This document shows, one piece after another, positions 36,487-50,396 of a stretch of DNA of 64,000 bases. Made by a program: the position numbers and the translations under genes. The notes under the pieces are model-generated. The model worked only from the letters and a program-made list of their open reading frames with translations. It was not told the DNA's origin and did no database searches. Positions within the stretch are counted from its first letter, which is position 1. Each line of letters starts with the position of its first letter. The DNA is taken from NCBI GenBank assembly GCA_964247055.1, contig OZ176050.1, positions 9,052,001 to 9,116,000 on the forward strand. Reading direction: 5' to 3'. The stretch comes from Paragordius varius (Eukaryota > Animalia > Nematomorpha).

Positions 36487-38228
36487 GACTAGAGCTTATA
36501 GTTACATTTTTAGAAGGTAATAATTATCTGACGACCGTTGATGAATCTGGCTTGCACAAATCAATCTTTTAAAAATTTCAAAGTTGCACAATCTTACTGA
36601 TAAAAGATCTCCCGCACATATTTTTTCTGACAGTTTATTAAGTTCGAAACATCTCTATGTTGAGGCAAAATTTCGGAAAGTGTGTGGTCCTATTCAAAAC
36701 TATTGTCTCATGCTAAAATGCAGAGCTAAAAAAATTCAATAATTCCCCTATTTTTGATAATGCATTTCAGAAATCATGTTTTTGGGATTAGAAATCCTTG
36801 TAGAACAGGCATCATGGACACTGGGCAATATTTACGAAAAATATTGGGCCATTTACACTTAAGTCATTTTTGTTTTATTAATACACATGTATAAAATTAC
36901 CTATAATAAGCACTACTTTTTGTTTTAGCATAAATAGTCCGATTTAAAGGCGTGCGGTTTCTTAAAAAGAACATAGAAAAATTGGAGTTCTTGATAATAT
37001 TATGTACGCCCTTCTGTAATCTTTCGATACGAATCAAGGTATTTGACGACCCAGGCCTTTTGTGTATCAAATATCTTAATAATATGGATTGTATTGAATT
37101 TATAATTTTTTCTGTTAATATCAATGTTATATGTATTTCAAAGAATTAACTTAAATTTTATTGTTAAAACCAAAAAACACGATTTTTCGCTCGAAATTTT
37201 ATGATAAAGTTGTGCCGAAGTAGTTTAATATGGAAATTTTTTCATTTATAATATATTTGGCTTTGATTATTTTTATCAAAAGAGAAATTTAAATTGATAT
37301 TACCCGCTTTGGTAGTTTTTGAAAATATCAATTTAAAGTCAGTTGGGTATCCAATCACCCCAATCTGTATTGAAGTTGTTAAGATATAGAACCAATTTGC
37401 TTAAAATAATTCTCCAAAAAGACTACATGAAAATCATTTTAAAATATTATAATTTATTTATAAATTTTAGATCTATATTTTTGAGTTTATTACGAATTTC
37501 TTATGGCTTTTGAAAATATAATCGGCTAAGAGAGCTATCCTATACAATTTTTTGATAATTATTTTTGTTATATAGAATTTATCATTATAATATTATATTT
37601 TGCGTAACATCAACCGCATACAATATCAGTAAAAATTAAGAGCCGTTTTGAACAAAATAACCGAAAACGTTTCTTAAAAATATAATTTTTTTAGTTTTTT
37701 ATATTAAATTGATTATGCATATAGTAGCACTTTTTATTTTAATTTTATCTCCTATTTTGAACATTTAAATTATGAAATTATTTGTCGATATTTTAGAGAT
37801 TAGGAAAATTTCAATATAAAAATTTATAAAATCTTGCCGAACCAGTACCAAAAACGGTTCCGGTTTCCACCCGGGCAAAACGTTGCGATTTAATAAACGT
37901 TGCCAGATAACATTTACAGTAAAGGACTGTATTATTACTGGTTAAAAGCAAGAAATCGCGCAAAATTACTTTTTTTCTATGGACCAATTAAGTCAATAAT
38001 ATTGCTAACTAAAGTAAATATTTGGCTATAAGAAAAACTGGCAAGTTCCCTTAAAATCTAAATATATACAGTCAAATTTATTCATCCAAGTATTTGTTTT
38101 TATCCATTTAAAACAGTTTACTACATGTCAGTTGAATATTTTGCTACCCCTATAAAACCAACTTTTATGTTTTTCAAAATTTGTCTTAATTAAATGATTT
38201 TCTCTATGTTGATTTTTAACTTTTATAT

Positions 38229-40364
38229 CAGGGGTGGCCAACGAGGTGACCGCGGTCACTTTCGTGACCGCGACAACTCAAAAAGTGACCGCCTGAAAAT
38301 ATTTTTTTTTAAAAATTTTATTGATTTTTTTCGGATAGTTGGCTACTTCTGAGCGAATTTAAATTTAAAATACAAAAAAATACGGTTTAAATTTTAAAAA
38401 AACGTCTAAGAAAAGGGTGTAAAAAAATTATTTTATTAATTATAATTTATATGTTTTGGAGCATTTGCATTAAAACTTAAAATCAGTCATTTCCCTTGAA
38501 TATATCAAAACTTTGAGCAAAGCTTATTCATAAATCAGAAGCATAATCGTGAAGTTAGATTTGATTTGATACACCAAAAGTAGGTTTTTAAAACTTATAT
38601 TTTAGAATGAGCCAAAAAAAGTTTTACAGATACAAGAAAGATTGGGAGCATACTTTTTTATTATGATAAATGAAACATGCACCTGTCTAATATGCAATAG
38701 TACTGTTGCTTTGCCCAAAAAGTCAAATATTGAAAGACATTATAGATCTCTGCATCCACATTACTCCAAAAACTACCCCTTACAAACTTAAGAACGGAAC
38801 ATTAAAGTAAAGGAATTAAAAGAACAATTATCCGCCTCACAAAATAGCATACTTAAATACAACTAAGACTATAAAAATGCTACGATTGCTTCATTCAAGG
38901 TAGCGGAAATACTCATTCGGAACAATAAGCCATTCCAAGATGGTGAAATATTTAAAGAAGCCTTTATTAGCGCTTGTGATATTTTATTTGAAAATTTTGA
39001 TAACAAAAATAATATTATGACAGCTATTAAAAGCATAAGCTTATCGAGAATAGGCAACTTTTACCACAAATAGAAATTTTTTTAGAGAATTCCAAATTTT
39101 CATACCCTGAATTGAAAGATCAAGATTGGCTGCTTGATCTAGCATTTTTATGCGATATCACGGAAAAATTGCATAAATTAAACATCCAATTACAAGGAAA
39201 AGATAAAACAATAATGGATATGATGGGTGCTTTAAAATCTTTTAAAGAAACACTAACAGTAGTAGAAACACAATTAAAAAACCGAGATTTAAAACATTTT
39301 TTTAATCTGGCAGCGGTGTCTGAAAAAATAGAGAATCTCTCTTTTGAAAAATATGCAGATGATATTGGTCTGCTTATTAATGATTTTGAAAAACGATTTT
39401 CATCTATAAATAAACTTAGGGACATCGCTATTTTTTTATCATGCCCATTTAATAATAATAATACTGTTGAATATATTGCTCAAAAACTCAGCCACTTTCT
39501 TCGTGTACCAAATTTAGCAGAGTTGGAAGAGGAATTAATAAATGTTAAATGCGATATCCATCTAAAATCATTAGGATCAGATATATATAAATTTATAAAT
39601 AAAGATAAATACCCCCATATTTGGAAAACCGCTGCATTATTCAATTCTTTTTTTGGATCCACATATTTATGTGAATCGGCTTTTTCAATTATGAATGCTA
39701 TCAAAACTAAACAGAGGTCACAATTAACTAATAAACATTTAGAATCATATTTGAGAATTGCTTTGACTTCATTTGAACCTAATTTAGATAAACTTTCTGA
39801 ATTTTTTCGCAGTCGGGCGTTTTAAATATTTTTTTTTATTAAATATGGATGTTTATCGAGTTGTATTTTCGCTTAGGAAAAAGCCGATTTACTAAAAAAT
39901 ATGTGGATAGAATTAAAACTGATACAATTTTAATGTACTCTTATTTATGTTCAAATTATGGTTCTAAATTGGAATGCTATTTTTTATTTCTTTTATTTTT
40001 TGTATCATAATGTATTCTCCCCTGTAATTTCAAATGCATTGTTTAAATTTTTATATTGTAAAATTTCATATAATAGAAATTTAATAAATAAATATTTTGA
40101 AGTTTTTTATGTTGGTTAAAAAATTAAGGTAGTTAATAACCCGTTGTCTTTTAATTAAAATTATTTTTGTATTTGGTTGATAGATAAAAAAATTACAATT
40201 TTAAAATGGTTTAAACAAGTCACTCTAATCTGTAAACCAGGTATATACATCATTTAAAGTGTTGATTGAGTTTTTTTGATAAATATTTCTGGGTGACCGC
40301 GAACTCTTTTTTTAACAAAAAAGCCAAAAAAAAGCTCGCGACAAAAAAAGTGTGGCCACCCCTG
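38229..40364 (+). mobile_element. hAT (Charlie/SPIN-group) DNA transposon, internally deleted, 2136 bp
   Basis: Perfect 12-bp TIRs CAGGGGTGGCCA / TGGCCACCCCTG; perfect 8-bp TSD TTTTATAT (38221-38228, 40365-40372); repeated GTGACCGC subterminal motifs. Confidence 0.95.
38607..39825 (+). pseudogene. hAT transposase (GTF2IRD2/ZBED5-like) lacking the central catalytic region
   Basis: The N-terminal zinc-finger part (CLICNSTVALPKKSNIERHY; KPFQDGEIFKE; ISLSR) has stops and a frameshift and is fused near 39050 directly to the C-terminal part (WLLDLAFLCDIT; LNIQLQGK; FGSTYLCESAFSIMNAIKTKQRSQLT). Confidence 0.9.
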
Positions 40365-41567
40365 TTTTATATCATTTAATTCATCCTATTTGGTAAAACG
40401 GAAACGAAACTATTATTCGATTACCATATTTGCCGAAGATTGACATGGAAATCGCAAAAACACACTATATTTATACTATATTAGTTTTAGTTAAGCGAAA
40501 TTGAAAAATGATCAACTCTTTAAAGAAAAAAATATTCCGATTTTTTTGAATTGGTTGTGCACTGGAGTCCGAGATCATGTTCTCTAAGATTATGTTCGAG
40601 ATGTTTTTGCAACTATGTCCACATGAATTGAGTTAATAATTTATTTTTGTAAATGATTCTTTTTTCCTTTTTTCTCTTCATTTTTTTATTCACTTTGTCT
40701 AAACATTTTGTGTGACATCAGCTTTTTCATCGTTACCTTTCTATATCGGATTGTGAACTTTACTTCCGTTCATCCGGTATTTTATAATATTTTATGAACA
40801 TTTTCCAGAAAATTATTTTTTGTCTTATATCTCATTTGATAAAATTTCTTTCTTAGTTATTTAGTTGTGAATGTCTGAAATACTTAAAACATCATCATCT
40901 AAGTTAATTACAATCAATCCTTTTTTTGACGTTTCCTTCATCTGTTTTTCGTTTATTCATGTTTAGCATTCAATTATTTTTACATCTCTCCGTCTTAATA
41001 TTGGTACAAGCATTCACTTATCACGCACTTGGTCTCAATTTTACTTTATCCATTTATCAAGCTAGTAAATCAGGCTTGTTGCCATTTCGTCAACTAATTA
41101 CATTTACAAATTTGTGTTTTCCGTTTTACGAAAAACTTTACGAATAAAATGTGCTGATACGATATCTCTGTGTACCTTGCCGTCTTTGACAAACATTAAA
41201 TTTTGAGACGCCAATTAATAAACGTTTTAGACCATCTTTCCCTACTCCAATATATTAATTAATGTTTCCGATTTTTAAAAAATTCTTAATGTCGATAATT
41301 GCTTGCTTAATTATCTTTTTCGTTTCTAAACCGGTGTTTTTCTACCATACCAAGGTTCAATCTTAATTAAAATTATTACATTAGAATCATCTCTCCTTAT
41401 TTATGATCGATAAAGTTATAACATTCTCTTATCAAGTCATTTAATTTAAATATTGAGGTCATTATTTCAATTTTGAAATGAGTTAATTGATAGTTGTAAA
41501 TAAATTTGGATTAATATCATCGTGCAATTGTTTAATGGTATTCTGTTTTTTTCGCTAATATCTACAC

Positions 41568-41862
41568 CCGGGGTGCCAAAACAATTGGCCTAAAGTGTTG
41601 CATATACGGGTCAAAAAATCCGACGGGCCGCATTCACAAAATACATGGGCATTAACAAATATTTTATTAGTTTTTAAATATAAGACTGTAAAAACTACTA
41701 TTTATTTTAATATTTTTGCTAGTTCATTGCCAAAATTTGGAAAGATTAATTCGGAGTTTGTTTAGCAAAATCGATATAACTTAGATTTGGTTAAATTTTT
41801 TAACTTAAATTTCTCCTGGACCCTGAGAAATATTTTGGAGGGCCGTGTGCTGAGCTCCCCTG
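41568..41862. mobile_element. hAT-type MITE
   Basis: CCGGGGTGCC ... GAGCTCCCCTG ends, internal GGGCCGCATT / GGGCCGTGTG, flanks ATCTACAC / ATCTAGAA. Confidence 0.7.
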
Positions 41863-44800
41863 ATCTAGAAAAATATAATTTTAATTTAAGTATGTGCAAA
41901 GGTCTCTCAGGCCTTTTTAATGACATAATAGTGGATTAAAGACAACTTGAAATATGAAAAAGATTATATGGCTTTTCAATATATATTGAATATGAGTATT
42001 AGATTTTAACAAATATAATTACCCCTCAATATGGATTCAATTTAAGTTGAAATAAGTATTATATTTTTATTTAGTTTTCTCATTTTCTTAACAGCTCACA
42101 GTTTAAGTTAATTAATAAATTTTTACGATATGGTTACATTTATATAATATATTTGTTCATAACTCTATCTATATGCTTAGGGCAACATCAATTTATCTGT
42201 AACCTTAATGTGTCATTTAATTTTTTAGACCAAAACAATGAAAAGAATGTTTACATAAATCTATAAAACGTTTATGCATGAAGTATGGTTTTTTAATATA
42301 CATATGAGCAGGAAATATATCTTTCGGACAAATAATCATTTTTCTTTGAAATAATTTGCATTTTATTAATTTTACCTATCCTATTTATTAGGGTAATTTA
42401 ATAATGCCTATTTCTTTTTCCGTACAGTTGTCATTAAAATAGTTTTGGTTAAAAGTTGTCTCTAATCTGTAAAAATGTGGCGTCTTAGAAAATTTTGTCC
42501 TTAGAGAAGCTAAAAACCAAACAGATATAAAATTTTTATGCACATAATTTTGGCGCCTATTATTACACAAAAAAGTATAATAAATTATTTTTAAACACCT
42601 TAGTTTTTGTCTATCATTGTCTAGTACAAAATAAAAAATTTTTTAAACCAAAATAAAACAAAGTATATTATATATAGATCCGTTCTTTATCATATTGACA
42701 CTTTTATTTCTTACATATTTATTTATCAATATAAACATTAAAAAATCTTATGAAACAAATAGGATTGAATATTTCAGCGGTTAAACCGTTCAAATTGTTT
42801 TTAGTATTTTCAATAATATATTAGTAACAATTACTAAAATTCGATAAAATTTGATATAATTTTATATTTTTTCCAATTAAAAAATTCTCTATTAAGATTG
42901 AATCCTAATAATGATGTGATAAATGTGTTTGTAATTTTTCTAACAGGTCAGACAAAACCTTGAAAACACGTTTATCAAAGTCCATTGCTTGAAACATTGT
43001 TAAATTATAGTATGTACCAATTTAAATTAGTGTAAATTGAATTTTTGCAAAATAATGATAATTAGAAATACGGTTCTGTTATGAATAAAATAATTAGATA
43101 TCTAATTTTATAATTAAATAAAACGCATAACCAGTATAGAGTTAATTCAATTAAAAAGTTTGAAGCACAAAAAGAGGCGTATTCTACATTTTTTTCAATT
43201 TGACGCACATTTCGGTATCAAATAACACATCCATTTTCAAATACATATTATATTTATGAATATAAAGTAATTTTTTATTTATACAGTTTAACATATAATT
43301 TTCTTTTCTCCTACCTTTAATGTGTTGTTATCCATTGTGCAAAATTTTTTAATTAAATTACCCTTAATTACAATAAAATAATACATAAGCGGAATTTATG
43401 TTTATGTTCCTGCCTCCTCCTACTTGAAAAATTTAATTAAAATTATAATAAATTATTTAATGATATACAGTAAATAATAATAATGTTTGGTAATTAAGTG
43501 TGTTTTAGTATTATTTTTATTTAAGTAGAATATTTTAGTGTCAAATAAATACTACCTTGTTAAGACGATACCTGTTTCTTGTACCTGTAAAAAAGCAAAC
43601 AAGCAGGCAAGCAAGAAATTAATATTATTATTATTATTATATAATGTTGTTTGGAAAACATAATAATAATAAGAATAAGAAAATGAAAGAAAGGATATAA
43701 AATGAATATTTTCCCGAAAATTAGCAAGCATTACTTACTAATTTATTAAAAAAATATATATATTTTTTTAAAAATTAAACGTCTTTAAATATGCCCTATG
43801 TGTATTTGTCGCTTTCTTCCGCTATTAGTATACTTTTTTACCCTTTGTTTAAAAACACAATTTAGATTTTCAAGGGAATATAATCAATTTAATGGCTTTT
43901 TGACCTTTTTTATATCTTTAAAGTACATCCGATTTTTTGTCCCCTCTCAAAAAGATAATTTTATAAAGATTCGTTAAAGTAGATTCCTCGATTTTCTAAA
44001 AATCATCCTAACTAACAAGGTAATTTTAAACGTTATAATATTAAATAAAATTATTGATTGATTTAAATTCTTGATATAATTCTTTGAATATTATTTTGCA
44101 ATAAATTGATTTGAAAAACTTATATTGGTATAATATTGGTTAACCCCGATATATTTTGTCGTTCTTCTCATAAGGTTTTAGTGTTTAGCTAACGGGTTTT
44201 TGGATATTAATTTTAATTAGGTATTCCCCATCCAGTCTAGTTTATTACGACATAATATGACACTTTAATGCAATCTAATTATTTTAATGAAACTCATGCT
44301 TTTCTCTGTTACTTCTTATCTCAAAACATTATTTTGGTATCGTGAGAGAGTTTAGATATTAACGACAAGGTGTTAAATTTTACACTATATTAAAAAAACT
44401 GTTATAGAAAGACTCTGCCTATACCATCGTTTGAAGGATGTTTGTTTTTATTTTGTATCCAAAACATCTAACATTTTTTTGTTCATATTCATTTAGTAAA
44501 TGTAATATACCTAAGGTCGTCTTGTAGTACATAATAATTTATGGATTTAATTCCCAGAGCCAATGAAATAATTATATACTATAAAATTCTAATTATAATA
44601 TATTTTTATATTAAATTATTTTGTGGTTGAATATAAGAGTGTAACTTCTTCAATATTACCAATTGCAGTTAATTTAATTTATTACAATTTAAAATTACAT
44701 TAAAATCATATTGTAAATCGGTTAACAATACAACAATTTAATTAACTCTCGCAGAATACTAATTGCTTTTTGACGAAATGCTGCAGGATTTCTTTTAAGA

Positions 44801-46779
44801 ATTAATATTTTATTCAATCATATATGTAATATTCATTTTAGGGTTGTGTTGAGTTAATTTAATTTTACTTTTAATATACAAGTTTAATGAACCATATATA
44901 TCGTATCATGTCACAATCATTAATGTTTAATAAATTAAGAAAAAACTCGAATGTTCTTATCCATATTTATGCATGTAGGTATTGTTAGTTATTTACATAG
45001 GATCAATCTAAGAATGAACACTATTACAAATATACATTATCTTTACACCTTTTGAGGTATAAAGTAATATATCGTTTGATCAAAAACTTATTGTGTTAAC
45101 AGAAAATTAGCATTATTAATGTAATGTAATAGTAAGATATTCAAAATTAGTATTTTATTAAAAAGAAATTTATGCATAAAAGTTTTACTTATCGGTTAAG
45201 TTAGATCAGTATTATTTATATGAAGTAAATCAGTTTATAATGTAGCAACTATTTACAACTTAAGTAATCAATCCCTTTTAAAAGGCCAATTAATACTATA
45301 TTATGTCACTTAGGTCAATAGAGTTTATCAACAATAAAAACCGTTTATTAAAGGACTTTCAATATAAGTATAAAATATCTTAGATATGTTCGCACAATTC
45401 CTAAATATCTTATATTTTTCAGTTGACCGATTACAAACTAAATTTAAATAAAAAAATAAGTTACAAGGTAATCTGATGTAAAACACCTACTGCGGCAATA
45501 ACCATTTAAAAAAATAGAATTTTATTTTTTAACACTTTTTTCCCTTAACCATGGAAATACAAATTCAAAAATTTAGGTAGGCCTACAGTTTACGGCTAGA
45601 ACTTATAGACTATTCGTAATATCTTATGTTTGATTTTCATAATAAACAAGGTATATATATTTATGTACCATTAAGTTAAGTTTTTGACTGACCAAAAAAT
45701 GATACCCCGTCTGTCTGCTCAGTTCATAATCAATAATAAATGTGAAGATATGTTGATAAATGAAATGATGTATTTAACCCAATGTATTTTTCTGGCTATT
45801 AATATATCAATAACAATCAACAAATATTTGATAATATTTGTGAAATTTATAAATTTAAGTTTTATAACATTAGTTTTGTACCTATATCGGGCAAGAAACA
45901 TAGAGCCCAAATATATTTTTCTAAATCCGTTAAAGTCCAAAAATATATAAATGCATTTTTAACCGATTCTAGCCAGCCCTATTACCCTATTCGATGATTA
46001 ATCATCTCAGCACATGATTTTGAAAATATGGCTACCAGATTATATAGGATGCTTGTTGCAAAATTTAAGAAATTGTGTGTTTTATAATGATGATATAAAA
46101 CACAAATTTCCTCAAAATAAATGTTTTAAAATAGATTACACATTTATAGTTTTCTAGGAAAATTTAGACAAATATAATTTATACTCTTTGATGGCACCTC
46201 GTTTTAACATAGAGAAGGCGTCTATACAAAATGCTCTGATCGCAAATACCTAAACAACTAGAAACATTGATAGAAATATTTTTTTGCTTTGACTGTTGTT
46301 GAGCCCATAAATTAATATCTTGTTGCTGCTTCATTTGTCTACCCTCTGGAATAGGCGCAAAAACCCGGATAAAAAATAATTTAAAAATGGGGGTATCAAA
46401 TATTCAATTTGTTAATGATTATGGTTGAAAGTTTATAAAGCAAGAGATTTTAATGTGTCAGAATTAGAAAAAAAATGAATATGCAAAAAAGGGTCTAATT
46501 TTTCATAATATTGACTTAACTAAACAATATGGTTTAAAATATTACGTTTCAATAATCAATAAAATGTCGCTAAATATATTAATTTACTAGCGTATATGTC
46601 GGGCTGCGTAGCAGTGAAGGGGGGAAGGGGGCTATTTGAAAAAGGGATCAACAAAATTGTGATCCATATATGTGGATTATTTCGAAACATGATTTAATAA
46701 TTATGATCTCATACGATTTTTAAAACGGTGCTTTATAAAATTTTCAAAACTGTGCATTCATACTAATATATTGTTTACT

Positions 46780-48700
46780 GGTGTGAAGGCCCCAAATTGC
46801 GGCTAACGGAAAAATCCGCCATACTATAGTTTTTACCTTTTTATGGGTATTATTTAAAGCCTTTATTGAACTCGTATGTCTTCTTAAGTTTTTTAAAAAT
46901 TAGCTCCAAAACCACGCCATTTTTGTATGGCGTCTGAGTTTTAAACCGGTAGACCCCTACCCATAGACCTATATGGAAAAAGCGCTGAGTTAAATTCGTT
47001 GCCTTTATAGGGCTAATATTTGGAATCATTTTTGATACCATCGTCTCATGGGTTCACCTCAACACTTGGCGTATTTTTAGGGCATAAAGGCCCAAAATTA
47101 ACAGCTAACAAAAAAACCCTTAATTTTACCTAGTTACGGGTAATATTTCACGCTTTTAATGAGCTTATATGGCTTCATAAATTGTAAACTAGCTCCAAAA
47201 CAACGCAATTTCGCAGTTTTTGGCGGGTAGCTCCATACCCAAGGGCAGGTATAAAAAAACGTTGGCCAAAATTTTTGCCTTTATATGCAAACCTAAATGT
47301 TATCATGATTCCAATATCTTAGAAATATTGCTTCAAATCTAAAAAATTGTTCTATGGCGGCGCATTTTTCAGGGCGTAAAATTTTATTTAACAACTCATT
47401 ATAATAACCCCCACGAATATTGTTTTTTAAGGTGTAATAAATATTGTAGGCTCTTGTTGAAATCACATAGTTTCATAGGATTTCTGAAATTTGGCTCCAA
47501 AAGCATGCTGTATCGATATGGGGACGCAGTTTTACGCGGGTAACCCCCTAACCAGGGGCGAATCAAAAAAACGCCCGATTAAAATTTTTGCTTTAATTCG
47601 GATAATACCTGGAATTATAATTGATTCCACATACTCTTGTGAGATTTTCCTAAAATTGCCTCAAAACCAAAAAAAATAATTCTATGGCGGCGCATTTTTC
47701 AGGGCAAGGGCCTAATTAAGGGGTAATTCGTAAATATTTGCCTTTTTGCGGGTAATATTACAACCCTTATTGAACTCACATATGGCCTGATAAGTTTTTT
47801 AAAATTTGCCTCCGAAGTCACGCTGTATCGATATGGTCCCGCAGTTGTAGGCGGGTAGCCCTTTACCCAGAGGCCAATATAAAAAGGACGTTCGATAAAT
47901 ATTTTTGCCTTTATAGACGAATACCCGGAATCATCATTCATTTCATATGTTCTTATTAGTTTTTAAAAGAATGACTTTTAAACTATATAATAGTTCAATG
48001 ATAGCGCATTTTTTTTAGCGTAGGGCCTAATTAACGGCTAATTTTAAAAAACCGCTCGACTAAATTTTTGCCTTTTTACGGGTAATATTTCAGGCCCTTA
48101 TTAAACTTATATGGCCTGATAAGTTTTAGGAAATTAACTCCTAAACAACGCGATTTCGATATAGTGGCGCAGTTTTGGGTGGGTACCTCCCTGCCCAGAG
48201 GCTGATACAAAAAAGCGCGTGAAAAATTTTTCCTATCGGAGAATACCTGGAATCATGGTTGATTCCATATGCTCTCATTAGTTTTTTAAAAAATTGCCTC
48301 AAACTTAAAAAATCCTTCTATGGTTTTTTCAGAGTGTAAAGGGCCTAATTAACGGCTAATTTTAAAAAACCGCACGACCAAAATTTTTGCCCTTTTACGG
48401 GTAATATTTTAAGCAGCTTTTGAACATATATGGCCTGATAGGTTTTCTAAAATTTAGCCCCAAAGGCACACTATTTCCATATGACGGGGCAGTTTTTTGC
48501 CGGTATCTCCCTACCCAGCAGCCAATATAAAAGAAACGCACGACTACAATTTTTGCCTTTTAACAGGGAATACCTGGAATCATTTACGGTCTCATACCTT
48601 GGACGAAAAATAGATTTAAAATATTTTTGCGAACTTTTTAAAAAAGGGCATTTTACGGGGGGAACGGCTAAAAAGAGGGCCTAAATTAAAAAAGCGAGCC
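46780..48700. repeat. Diverged tandem array, ~300-325-bp unit, 6-7 copies, built from two ~160-bp subunits
   Basis: Recurring blocks GGCGCATTTTT, GGGCCTAATTAACGGCTAA, AATTTTTGCCTTT(TACGGGTAATATT) and GAATACCTGGAATCAT. The AATTTTTGCCTTT block recurs twice per unit. Confidence 0.85.
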
Positions 48701-49683
48701 AACTATGTTTGGCGCAATCGAAAATGAGTAAAAAAATCATATTTATAATCAAATGATTAACACCTTTTTCCGGAAAATTGTCTCAAAGACACGATTTTTG
48801 TGGACTTAGTTCTATAAAAAAATGGTTAAACAGTTTTTACAAAAAACATTATCGATTCCATAGATTACCATATATAATATAATGCATTGTAGTATATAAA
48901 TATAAACCATTCGTGTTAATTGAATCAATAACTGCACACATTATAATATTTTTTGAATTTGATTTATAAATCAATATTAATGGACACTAATCAATAAATC
49001 ATTAATTTCTTGCTGAAGTTGTATAATGAGTATTGACATTTATACATTTATTTATCTTGATGGAAGATACAAATTATACTAAAAATCCCTAACCATTTTT
49101 AAGGTTTATAATATAATTTTTAATGAAGTATTGATTGATGAGATCATTTATATCAAACATATCTATTTTGGTATATTTTACATATAAATATATGGTAATT
49201 TTGACAGAAAAATAATTTTTGCAGTTGTTAAAACTTAATTATATAAAAGTGAGCCATTAGTCGACAAATTTATCTTAAAAGATTCCACTAATAAGATTGG
49301 TTTTAGTGTCAATAATCAAATAATAAAATGAATTTAATTACCAAATTTGTAAGCTTGAAATCGAACAATCGCATTTCAATTTTTGTAGTTATTGAAGCAT
49401 GTGATTAGTTTATTTATTATTCTAAGGGGCTCGTAAGTGGGATTAAGTATTGATATAAATCAAAATAACTTAAAATTCATATTGGCGTTAGTTCTTAATA
49501 TAATATATTCATATTAAATTAATTTCTGCATATTGACCGATCAACTCTTTTTGTACACAGTCTAATATATAATTTAACCAATTTTGTAATAAACAATAGT
49601 GGTTATATTGTGAGACTCAAGGAAGAATTTGTCTTTTAAACAAATTTTTATAGTTATCATTTTAAATATGAAATGTTTATATA

Positions 49684-49905
49684 CAGTCATATATCCTTTA
49701 TTTTATCAAAAATTATTTTTTTTCGTTCAATCGGTATAAATATTTTTAAAAAATGGAAGAAACAAGAGCTCTATGGTATTAACAATATCATATTCATCAA
49801 AAAAGTATAAGAATTATCATAGAGCTCTTGTTTTTTCCATTCTTTACCAAATAATACCCATTTAACAAAAAAATTTTTTTTGATAAAATAAAGGATACAT
49901 GACTG
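49684..49905. mobile_element. MITE family 2 (Tc1/mariner-type, long TIRs)
   Basis: TA|CAGTC ... GACTG|TA, near-palindromic, with AACAAGAGCTCTATG / CATAGAGCTCTTGTT inner arms. Confidence 0.85.
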
Positions 49906-50396
49906 TATATAGGGGAATTAGTTGTTTCTCAATTTAGCATTTTCATTTATATTTATCAATCAAGAGGGTTAGGTTTTTGACCAGTCAAAAATATTTGTTT
50001 GAATGCAATTATTATACCAGTCGAGTATTGCCCTAATTCGAAAATTTTACAACTTAATAAAAAACGTATTACCTAAAAAGTCTTAAATAATGTTAATAAA
50101 ATTTTAAAAAATATTATTATATTATATACTGTTATTTGCGTTATTCGCCGATTTTTATCATGTGATAAGCATATAGATGTAAATTGTTTGTGTACCTATA
50201 GCGGTCAAAATTAAGATCATTAATGCAATGATTATCAAATAGTCAATTAAATTATCAATAAATTTATATAAATAATAAATAGCGCAAAACTTCTAATGGT
50301 AAATCTTTTTCTTTTTCATAGACTGCGCTGGCAAGATTAATAAAATTTATATTGGTATTATAACTATTTTTTGATATCCTTATATTAGGGGTTCAA

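Noticed and set aside
39120-39704. Minus-strand ORFs opposite the hAT transposase (and similar shadows of SEC63, SLC13, hnRNP and TANC exons)
   Set aside because: These are antisense or alternate-frame shadows of recognised coding exons.
46850-48684. Short ORFs within the tandem array
   Set aside because: The frame is not conserved between units and no family motif is present.
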